This document shows positions 49,688 through 58,240 of a DNA stretch of 64,000 nt, in pieces. The notes under the pieces were generated by a model. It was not told the DNA's origin and searched no databases. It worked only from the letters and a program-made list of their open reading frames with translations. The translations under genes were made by a program, and so were the position numbers. The stretch's first letter is position 1. The number at the start of each line of letters is the position of its first letter. The DNA lies in contig JAVRCV020000059.1 in the NCBI GenBank assembly GCA_034530615.2, positions 92,813 to 156,812 on the forward strand, read 5' to 3'. The stretch comes from Aulosira sp. ZfuVER01 (GTDB lineage Bacteria; Cyanobacteriota; Cyanobacteriia; Cyanobacteriales; Nostocaceae).

Positions 49688-52498
49688 ATGAAACCTTTAT
49701 TGAAAAATTTAGTTAAACCCTTAAGAGGTACATTCCTGACACTACTGTTTACTGTCCCACAGGTTCCTCTTGTAGGTAGCCTTTCCAGTAAAAAGGTGTT
49801 AGCACAAGCAAATAGCTGTCCAGGTGGTACGCAACCAGTAACTTTTGAGTGGAGTCCTACCACAAATCTGGCAGGATTTTTAGCTCAAAACCTGGTTGCT
49901 GGTGGAGTTAAAGCGACCTTTCAGTTCATCGATAGTCCTCCTCCTTTGGGAACAGTCACCGACACTGGAAATTTCGGTGCTATCGAAGATAATCAAGTCA
50001 CAAGAATTGACACAGCCTTAGAAGAATATGGCAATCTCCTCGGATCAAAGCTGCGCTGGAATATCGGTTTGGGCAAAAACCCTGCACAAGGTAATTCCAC
50101 ACTCATCATCACCTTTTCTCAACCAGTTACCTTGACAACTCCTCTCACTTTTATGGATGTTGACCGAAATGGTTCGCGAGATTTCGGGAGAATATACCAA
50201 GATAAAATTACGGTGAGAGCATTCAATGGAACTGCAAGTGTTCCTTTAACTGGTACAGCAGTCAGCCCGAGTAATCTTAGAGTTACTAATAACGGTGACA
50301 ACGTTGTTGCCGAGGCGATTAACGAAAATGCTCAATTCTTTGAATCATTTGGCAACGTTAGGATTACACCATCTGGTGCTGTTAGCCAAATCCGGGTAGT
50401 CTATGAACCAGGACAAGAATTCGGCTCCCCTGGGCAAGATGAGACTATAGGTCTAGCTAAGATCAGTATCTGTGCAGCACCAGGCTCAATAGGTGATACT
50501 GTCTTCAATGATACTAACGCTAACAATCGTCAAGATCCGGGTGAAGCTGGAATCAGCGGTGTTCAACTAAATATTAAAGATCGGAACGGTAACGTAATTG
50601 GCACGACGACTACTGATAGTAATGGTAAATACAGCTTTCCGAATTTAGTTCAGGGTCAATATACAGTTGCTGTCTCCCAACCACCTAGTGGGTTGACACC
50701 TACTCTTACCCAGCCCAATCCTATTACCCTAGGCGAGGGACAGAATTTCGATCAAGCTGATTTTGGTTTTACTCAACCGGCACAAGGTACAGGTTCGATT
50801 GGCGATTTTGTATTTAGTGATACTAATGGTAATAATATTGCAGAACCAGGAGAATCTGGAATTGCTAACCTCAACCTTGTACTCAGAGATGCCAACGGTA
50901 ACGTAATTTCCACTACGAAAACTGATGCCAATGGTATTTACAGATTTATTAATGTCCCAGCGGGTACTTACACCGTAGCAGTTACCAATCCGCCTGCTGG
51001 TTTTACTCCGACTCTACAACCTAGCGCTGTCACCCTTGCTGCCAATCAAAATATCGATACCGTGGATTTTGGTTTCCGTCCACCCACTGATGGGTCAATT
51101 GGCGATACAGTTTTCACTGATACCAACGCTAATGGTACTCAAGATAGTGGCGAACCAGGCATCGCAAATGTCACGGTTACATTAACATTGCCAAATGGAA
51201 CTCCACGAACTGCTACCACCGATAGTAATGGTAAATACAGCTTCCCTGGATTAGCACCGGGTAATTACCAAGTAAGTGCTACTCCGCCTCAAGGTAATAC
51301 TCTAACTACTGGTATTAACCCCTTCAATATTAATCTCTTACCTAGTCAAAAATTAGATAGTGCTGACTTTGGTTTTCGTCTTGGCGCATTTACTGGCGAT
51401 CGCGGTTCTATTGGCGATACAGTATTCAACGATACAAATGGCAACGGTGTCCAAGATGCAGGCGAATCGGGAGTCCCCAATGTTCCCATTACCCTGACTC
51501 TGCCTGGGAATGATGGCATATTAGGTACTCCTGACGATACCACCCAAACAACTACTACTAATGGCAACGGTATCTATAATTTTTCTAATTTACCACCAAG
51601 TAACTACAGAGTTACAATTAACCCTCCCTTCAACTTCCCCCAAATTACCACTGGTAGTTCGCAAGTAAATGTGAATCTGCAACCAGGTCAATCGCTGACT
51701 AACGTTGACTTCGGGTTGCGGCGACCGCCTGGGGGTTCTATTGGTGATACAGTGTTCAACGATACAAATAAAAACAGTAGACAAGACTCAGGCGAAACTG
51801 TAATACCCAATGTTAAACTGACTCTAAGAAATGCCAATGGTCAGATAGTTGATACTGCGACTACCAATAATAACGGCAACTATATTTTTACAGGCTTGCC
51901 AGACGGTAATTATACCGTAGATGCCACCACACCCCAGAACTTCACACCAACAACTGCAACCAGTGTCCCAGTAAATGTGGCTGCTGGCAATCCGGATATT
52001 GTTAATGTTGACTTTGGTTTTGTTGCTGGGGGTCCCAGTAATGCAGGTTTGCAGTTAGTCAAAAGAATTACAGCGATCGCTAAAATAAATGGTCAGCGCA
52101 TCCCATACAATACCTTTGTCGATGACCCCAACGACCAAAATGATAATGTCCTCAGTCCTGCGCCTGTTGGACAATATGAGATCCAAACACCAATAGAAAG
52201 CGGTGATGAAGTAGAGTACACAGTTTATTTCCGCGCCGGCCAATTACTGGATAATCTCAACTTCTGTGACTTAATACCGACGGGAACAACTTATGTACCC
52301 AACACTATTACCGTGAATGGCGGTGGTGCTGGTGCAGATCAAGGTAGATTTTTCTCTCCTCTGGCACCTTTAGAATCGGTTCCTGAAAGTAATGTTTGTG
52401 AAAATCGCAACAATCCTAACGGGACAGTAATTGTCAGGTTAGGTAATGTTCCTAATGGGCAATCTGGGTCTGTTAGCTTCCGTGTCAAAATTAATTAG
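49688..52498 (+). CDS. Surface adhesin: N-terminal head, five SdrD-B-like Ca-binding repeats, C-terminally incomplete DUF11 domain
   Basis: Five 'GSIGD.VF.DTN.N...D.GE' repeats; C-terminal LVKRIT...GDEVEYTVYF...CDLIP...SFRVKIN*; ATG at 49688. Confidence 0.85.
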   Translation: MKPLLKNLVKPLRGTFLTLLFTVPQVPLVGSLSSKKVLAQANSCPGGTQPVTFEWSPTTNLAGFLAQNLVAGGVKATFQFIDSPPPLGTVTDTGNFGAIEDNQVTRIDTALEEYGNLLGSKLRWNIGLGKNPAQGNSTLIITFSQPVTLTTPLTFMDVDRNGSRDFGRIYQDKITVRAFNGTASVPLTGTAVSPSNLRVTNNGDNVVAEAINENAQFFESFGNVRITPSGAVSQIRVVYEPGQEFGSPGQDETIGLAKISICAAPGSIGDTVFNDTNANNRQDPGEAGISGVQLNIKDRNGNVIGTTTTDSNGKYSFPNLVQGQYTVAVSQPPSGLTPTLTQPNPITLGEGQNFDQADFGFTQPAQGTGSIGDFVFSDTNGNNIAEPGESGIANLNLVLRDANGNVISTTKTDANGIYRFINVPAGTYTVAVTNPPAGFTPTLQPSAVTLAANQNIDTVDFGFRPPTDGSIGDTVFTDTNANGTQDSGEPGIANVTVTLTLPNGTPRTATTDSNGKYSFPGLAPGNYQVSATPPQGNTLTTGINPFNINLLPSQKLDSADFGFRLGAFTGDRGSIGDTVFNDTNGNGVQDAGESGVPNVPITLTLPGNDGILGTPDDTTQTTTTNGNGIYNFSNLPPSNYRVTINPPFNFPQITTGSSQVNVNLQPGQSLTNVDFGLRRPPGGSIGDTVFNDTNKNSRQDSGETVIPNVKLTLRNANGQIVDTATTNNNGNYIFTGLPDGNYTVDATTPQNFTPTTATSVPVNVAAGNPDIVNVDFGFVAGGPSNAGLQLVKRITAIAKINGQRIPYNTFVDDPNDQNDNVLSPAPVGQYEIQTPIESGDEVEYTVYFRAGQLLDNLNFCDLIPTGTTYVPNTITVNGGGAGADQGRFFSPLAPLESVPESNVCENRNNPNGTVIVRLGNVPNGQSGSVSFRVKIN

Positions 52499-52555
52499 AC
52501 ATTTTCAAAATATTTCTTTTTTGGAAATATTTTAGTGAAGCAAAAATTGCCATCC

Positions 52556-52588
52556 AGAAACCCGACTTTTTTCAAAAGTCGGGTTTCT
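52556..52588. terminator. Hairpin between the convergent adhesin and GGDEF/EAL genes
   Basis: AGAAACCCGACTTTT/AAAAGTCGGGTTTCT 15-bp stem. Confidence 0.7.
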
Positions 52589-52700
52589 AAATCCAGCTTA
52601 TAACTGAATTTTAAATTTTAGATTTTGGATCAAACATCTTTACTATCAGAAAATTCTGTAGTGTTGTCGCGTAGCGCAACGCACCATTTCAGATTCTATA

Positions 52701-55700
52701 TTACTTGCGCGATAATATTTTGTTGATAAATAGTCTTTCAATTTCCTGAGCAGCCAGAGGTTTAGAAAACAAGTAACCTTGCCCAAATTCACATCCGAGT
52801 TCTTGTAACCATTGCAACTGTTGTTGAGTTTCAATACCTTCTGCTACCACTGCTAATCCGAGTTGATTGCTGAGAGTAATTATAGTTTTGACAAGTTGAT
52901 AATTCCGGCTTCCCTCTTGCATTTGATTAATAAAAGAACGGTCAATTTTTAAGGTATCAGCAGGTAGTCGATGCAGATAATTGAGCGATGAATATCCAGT
53001 ACCAAAATCATCAATGCTAATTTGAATTCCTAGCGTCTTTAACTGCTCTAATACGCTCAGTGTCTCAGTAATATTATCAATGAGCATACTCTCGGTAATT
53101 TCTAAAGTTAGACACTGACCATCTAAACCAGTCCGAGCCAAAATGCGCTCTATGTCTTTAACTAAGGTCGCTTTACGAAGGTCTTGAACTGAGAGATTAA
53201 CACTCACCTTCAGGGGAAATTTATGCGCAAACTTAGTTTGCCAAATTGCAAGTTGCTGACAAGCAGTGTCAAGTATCCAGCTATCTAGAAGAACAATCAA
53301 ACCTGTTTCTTCAGCTATGGGAATAAATGCTTGAGGAGAAACAAATCCTCGAATTGGGTGTTGCCAGCGTACTAGTGCTTCAAACCCAATCAAATGATTA
53401 CTATTTATATCAAAAATAGGCTGATAATAAACGATAAACTCTTGTCTTTCTAAAGCCTTACGAAGGTCATTTTCTAAATTGAGTCTGATGAGTGCTTGAA
53501 TGTGCATCTGAGTATCAAATATTTTATAGCAGCTTTTCCCGTGAGCCTTTGCTTGATACATGGCAATATCTGAATCTCGAAGTAAATCAGAGGCTTGATG
53601 ATAATTATCTTTACCTAAAACAATACCGATACTTGTGGTAATAAATACTTCATATCCGTTGAGAATTAATGGAGCTTGAAACTCTGCTAATATCCGTTCA
53701 GCAACTCCAATGGCTTCTTCAATTCCTTGCAGATTTTCCAGCAAAATTACAAATTCATCACCACCTAAGCGAGCCGCTAAATCCATTGCCCGAATTTTGG
53801 ATTTTAGCCTTTGAGCAATGATAGTTAGTAGTTGATCTCCTGCTAAATGTCCCAAGCTGTCATTGATAATTTTGAACCGATCCATATCGAGGAACAACAC
53901 AGCGAAACGATAATTTTCAATTCGCTTGGCTCGGTTAATGGCTAAATCCAGCCGTTCGATGAGCAGGTTACGGTTGGGTAAACCGGTTAAAGCATCATGC
54001 AGTGCATTGTAAACTAGCTGTTCTTCTGCATATTTGCGATCGCTAATATCCGTGATTGTACCAACATAACCTGCAATTTTTCCTACTAAATCGTACTCAG
54101 CCACAGCCTGGCCAAATACCCAAGTTACCGTACCATTAGGCTGTTGAAATCGATACTCTAGCTGAAAAGAAAGATTTTCTTTAACAGCAGAGTACCACTC
54201 AGTTACAACTTTTTCTCGCTCATCGGGGTGGAGTCCTTTTATCCATCCAGCTTCGGCAGCTTCTTCTGAGGTGAGCCCAGTAATTTTGCACCAGCGTTCA
54301 TTGACGTAAAGACAGTTTCCTTGAGCATCGGTTCGGAAAATGCCAACTGGTGCTGCTGCTGCCAAAGAAGCATAGCGTTGTTCGCTTTGCCGTAGATGTG
54401 CTTCTGTTCGTTGTCTTTCTGTTAGTTCTGTTTGCAACTGCTGGTAAGCAGTTGCCTGCTGGATGGCGATCGCCAACTGAGTTGAAAGCTGTTGTATGAG
54501 AGTGATTTCTTCAGCTTGCCATTGTCGAGGAGCTTGGCTCTCAACAACGTTCAGCAGTCCCCAAAGGTTATCGCCTTCGATAATGGGCATCAAAATTTTT
54601 GCCCGAGTTTGTAATGATTCCAGTAGCTGGCGGTGGCAATCACTCATCTGTGTCGTGTAGATATCACAAACGACGCGAGTCCGTTCTTTGCGATCGCTTG
54701 TTACCCAATCAGGTGCATAACAAGAATCGTAAATTTGTTTACCTAGGTGAGAAGAGTAACCATCAGCGACAGATTCTGCAACCACAACTACACTCCAGTC
54801 TGCTTGGAACTGCCAGATGGCAGCGCGATCGCAGCCTAAAAGCGATCGCACTTCTTGAACTGTGGTTTCGAGAATATTCTGCAAATTCAACGAAGATCGA
54901 ATTTGAGTAGCAATAGTTGCAATTAATTTTTCCCGTTCTGCTTTTGCCTTAAGTATGGTGGTACGCTCAAGAACTTGTTGCTCTAATTCGGCGTTGCGAT
55001 TTTGCAACAATTCTAGTTTTTCTGCTTCTAACCGAGACACCCGATGTTCCAATACTTCGACTAAATAAGTTAACTCCAAAGGATTGAGTACTTTGAGAAT
55101 ACTAGTCTGGGTAACAATCCCTAATAACTCTCCTTGAGTACCAACTACCACTATCCGCTTCACTAAGTATTGCTGCATGATTTGTTGAACAATCCACAGA
55201 GATTCGTGAGGACTGACAGAAAAAACTGGGGTACTCATCACATCCTGGGCTTGCAGGTGTTCAAAATTTAGTTCTAATGCATGAAATTGCACAATATCTC
55301 GCTCTGTGACAATGCCAATTGGTATTTGTAGAAATTGCTCTGGTATTTCCTGAAATTGTTCTTCTACAAGCACCACCGAACTTACCTGATGTTCTGCCAT
55401 CAAGTGAGTAATCCCTAGCATCGAAATATTGGGAGCAGCATAAACCACTTGCGAAGACATCACGTCTTTCACCAAGCGTAGTTGCAGCAAATCGATTGGA
55501 CGTGACAATTGTCGCAAGCTTTCATGGGTCAGTAGTCCCACGATTTGGTTTTGCTCATTGAGCAACGGTAAGTGGCGAATGTGATACTGCTGAAGGAGAT
55601 TGACAGCAAAGAAGAGATTGGTAAATGCAGATTGCTGCAAAGTAATGACTGGATGTGTCATCACCTCAGAAATTGTTAGATTATCTAGCGATCGCTTCTG

Positions 55701-55964
55701 ACAACTAAGGCGAACTACATCTCTTTCCGTAAAAATGCCTAATAGCTGATTGTTTTCTACAACCAACACACAGCTTGACCGTGCCTCAAGGTGCAAGGCT
55801 TCAATGTCCGTATCTGCTTTTCTAGAAGAAGAACACATCGCACGAATACCACTCATCTGGGCGATCGCTGCCATCACAGATGTATCTGGTGAGACTATCA
55901 GCGGATTGCGAATAATTGCTGACTCCAACTCAACTTCTGTCAAAGCAGTGGAAGGTATGAACAT
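52701..55964 (-). CDS. CBS-CBS-GAF(cyanobacteriochrome)-PAS-GGDEF-EAL c-di-GMP enzyme
   Basis: CBS 'GIFTERD'/'GIVTERD'; GAF with DSCY and DCH; RLGGDEF; FEALVRW; DDFGTGYSSL. Confidence 0.9.
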   Translation of the reverse strand: MFIPSTALTEVELESAIIRNPLIVSPDTSVMAAIAQMSGIRAMCSSSRKADTDIEALHLEARSSCVLVVENNQLLGIFTERDVVRLSCQKRSLDNLTISEVMTHPVITLQQSAFTNLFFAVNLLQQYHIRHLPLLNEQNQIVGLLTHESLRQLSRPIDLLQLRLVKDVMSSQVVYAAPNISMLGITHLMAEHQVSSVVLVEEQFQEIPEQFLQIPIGIVTERDIVQFHALELNFEHLQAQDVMSTPVFSVSPHESLWIVQQIMQQYLVKRIVVVGTQGELLGIVTQTSILKVLNPLELTYLVEVLEHRVSRLEAEKLELLQNRNAELEQQVLERTTILKAKAEREKLIATIATQIRSSLNLQNILETTVQEVRSLLGCDRAAIWQFQADWSVVVVAESVADGYSSHLGKQIYDSCYAPDWVTSDRKERTRVVCDIYTTQMSDCHRQLLESLQTRAKILMPIIEGDNLWGLLNVVESQAPRQWQAEEITLIQQLSTQLAIAIQQATAYQQLQTELTERQRTEAHLRQSEQRYASLAAAAPVGIFRTDAQGNCLYVNERWCKITGLTSEEAAEAGWIKGLHPDEREKVVTEWYSAVKENLSFQLEYRFQQPNGTVTWVFGQAVAEYDLVGKIAGYVGTITDISDRKYAEEQLVYNALHDALTGLPNRNLLIERLDLAINRAKRIENYRFAVLFLDMDRFKIINDSLGHLAGDQLLTIIAQRLKSKIRAMDLAARLGGDEFVILLENLQGIEEAIGVAERILAEFQAPLILNGYEVFITTSIGIVLGKDNYHQASDLLRDSDIAMYQAKAHGKSCYKIFDTQMHIQALIRLNLENDLRKALERQEFIVYYQPIFDINSNHLIGFEALVRWQHPIRGFVSPQAFIPIAEETGLIVLLDSWILDTACQQLAIWQTKFAHKFPLKVSVNLSVQDLRKATLVKDIERILARTGLDGQCLTLEITESMLIDNITETLSVLEQLKTLGIQISIDDFGTGYSSLNYLHRLPADTLKIDRSFINQMQEGSRNYQLVKTIITLSNQLGLAVVAEGIETQQQLQWLQELGCEFGQGYLFSKPLAAQEIERLFINKILSRK

Positions 55965-56237
55965 TCGTGCAAGGGTATTAAGAATTTCTTAAATTTTCTT
56001 TTCGATCATGCCCGTTGCACCAGCGTACTTCAAACAGTACATTTGCCAAACTTTTAATTTAGGAAATATGAAGGAGCTAGCTATCAATAACTCAAATATG
56101 AGCGAACCTTGTCAACACGTTGCCTCTTCAGCAGAATTACTTATGTTTTTCTTGGCACGATCCTACTCAAATTAGCGATCGCCCTGATTTGAATAGCCGT
56201 CAGAGAGAATAAACCTCACCCGACTGCAAAGGCTGAA

Positions 56238-57929
56238 CTACCTTGACACAGCTACATTTATAACGCCTGCAACTTGAGAATACTTGGATGGGACTAGATT
56301 CCAGAGCAACCGATAAAGTTGTAAAGGCTGGTCTTGACCTTTAACTTGAACAAGAGGCATTTTTTCACAAGGCAAATTCATCGCCTTCAGCCGATCAAAG
56401 GTGGTTTGAGATATGACTATCTCTCCCGCTTGCGCAACGTTACATATTCTACTGGTGACATTTGTTGTATCGCCAATAGTAGCGTACTGAATCAGTTTTT
56501 CTGAGCCGATGTTACCTGCTGCCACTTTTCCTGTATTCAGCCCAATGTGGATTTGAATCGGTTGCTTACCCTGCTGTACCCACTGTTGATTAAGCCGCAA
56601 TACAGCCCACTGCATATCAATTGCTGCTTGTATAGCTTGCTGTGCATCATCAGCTTTGCTATAAGGAGCGCCCCAAATAGCGAATAAGGCATCGCCAATA
56701 TACTTTTCTAAAGTGCCTTCATAGCGAAAGACTATCTCTTCTACTATGACCTCGAAGTACTCATTCAACATCGCAATCACTTGACGCGGCTGCATTGTAG
56801 AAGACATTTTGGTGAAATTAGTAATATCAGCAAACAAAGCTGTTACTTCTGTCTCGACAATCCCCAAGTTGCCTTCTTCCTTGAGCTTTTTCCTCACAGC
56901 TTCGGGAAAGAATCGCTCTAGCTTATTACGCATAACTGCTTCAGCTTCGATTTTTTTGTAGAGATTGGCGTTGTCAATAGCGATCGCAGCCTGATTAGCT
57001 AAAGCACTGAGAAATTCCACATCTTCGTCAGAGTAGACATCCGACAGAGACAAATTATCAACATATAATACCCCAATCACTTCCTCTCTCGGTTTGAGAG
57101 GAATGCACATTGAAGCACGAATAGTTTGGACAAAAACAGACTCGGAATCATTAAACCGCTGATCGAGACAGGCATCAGTCGTTAAAATGGCATTGCCATT
57201 TTTATATACATAATTTGTAATATTTTTACTATAAAATTGGTTCTCACTAGAAACTCCTGAGCGTAACTTCACAGCTTTATGTTCGAGCTGCTTTGTGGTT
57301 TCGTTAACCATCAAGATTACTGCTCGGTCTACATTGATAATCTCAAAAAGTAAATCGAGAATTTTTTCTAATAGCCTGTCAGGCTCCTCTGGAGAAGAAA
57401 GCTGTTTGCTCACTTCTAGCAATATTTTCAATTTGTCTACTGTCCGCTGATTACTACCCCGATGTGAAAGTCGCAAAAGTGAATCTCCTCTCCCTGGAGA
57501 ATCCAGCAAATCCTGCATCTTAAAACGGCTTTGCTCGGTAGAGAATTGTTTGACAATTGTCTCAGGGATAGATATTTTATCGTCTTGTCCGTTGATCGAT
57601 GCTGGTTGAAAATGAGCAGTAGCAGGTATGGGTGTAGCGTTAATTTTGTCAACAAATTTTAACTCTACGTTCCCACAATAAATTAAATCTCCGTCCTTCA
57701 GTTCGTATTGATCAATTTTGGACTGATTGACGAAAGTGTGATTGAGGCTTTGTAAATCCTTGATGATACTCCGATTCTCAGCAATTGTAATTTCTGCATG
57801 GTAACGAGATAGGCTCTCATCTGCGATCACAATGTTGTTATCACCACTACGTCCGATAGTGTTGAGTCCAAATTTCAACAGATGATGTTTTTCTTGAGGA
57901 GTGTTAGGAGCGTAGATTAAATATGGCAT
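56238..57929 (-). CDS. cyaD: FHA-GAF-class III adenylate cyclase (CyaD-like; start ATG 57929)
   Basis: FHA IGR...SRYH...N; GAF; FADI, EKYIGDA, IGDTTNVTSR. Confidence 0.85.
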   Translation of the reverse strand: MPYLIYAPNTPQEKHHLLKFGLNTIGRSGDNNIVIADESLSRYHAEITIAENRSIIKDLQSLNHTFVNQSKIDQYELKDGDLIYCGNVELKFVDKINATPIPATAHFQPASINGQDDKISIPETIVKQFSTEQSRFKMQDLLDSPGRGDSLLRLSHRGSNQRTVDKLKILLEVSKQLSSPEEPDRLLEKILDLLFEIINVDRAVILMVNETTKQLEHKAVKLRSGVSSENQFYSKNITNYVYKNGNAILTTDACLDQRFNDSESVFVQTIRASMCIPLKPREEVIGVLYVDNLSLSDVYSDEDVEFLSALANQAAIAIDNANLYKKIEAEAVMRNKLERFFPEAVRKKLKEEGNLGIVETEVTALFADITNFTKMSSTMQPRQVIAMLNEYFEVIVEEIVFRYEGTLEKYIGDALFAIWGAPYSKADDAQQAIQAAIDMQWAVLRLNQQWVQQGKQPIQIHIGLNTGKVAAGNIGSEKLIQYATIGDTTNVTSRICNVAQAGEIVISQTTFDRLKAMNLPCEKMPLVQVKGQDQPLQLYRLLWNLVPSKYSQVAGVINVAVSR

Positions 57930-58240
57930 TTTCCGCCCTCTCGTTTCCACTGGTCTTGAAAATTGCTTTGCTGAATCAAAAGATGCACCCCACGACCATG
58001 AATAGTATAAAATTCACTATGTCCCGTAGACATTTCGGATTAAACTATATACCTCTTTCAAGATTCTCAGAAATTTAGGGGCGAATTATGCAAGTTCATA
58101 ATGAATTTACATTAGTGGTCTATTGTATTAATTTCTGAAGAGGAAATCAGTTCGTAGTCAGGACTTTAGTCCTGACTACGAACTCGTCAATATGAATTAC
58201 ATATAGCATATTGGTCTAGCGCATTAATTTCGCTGAAAGC

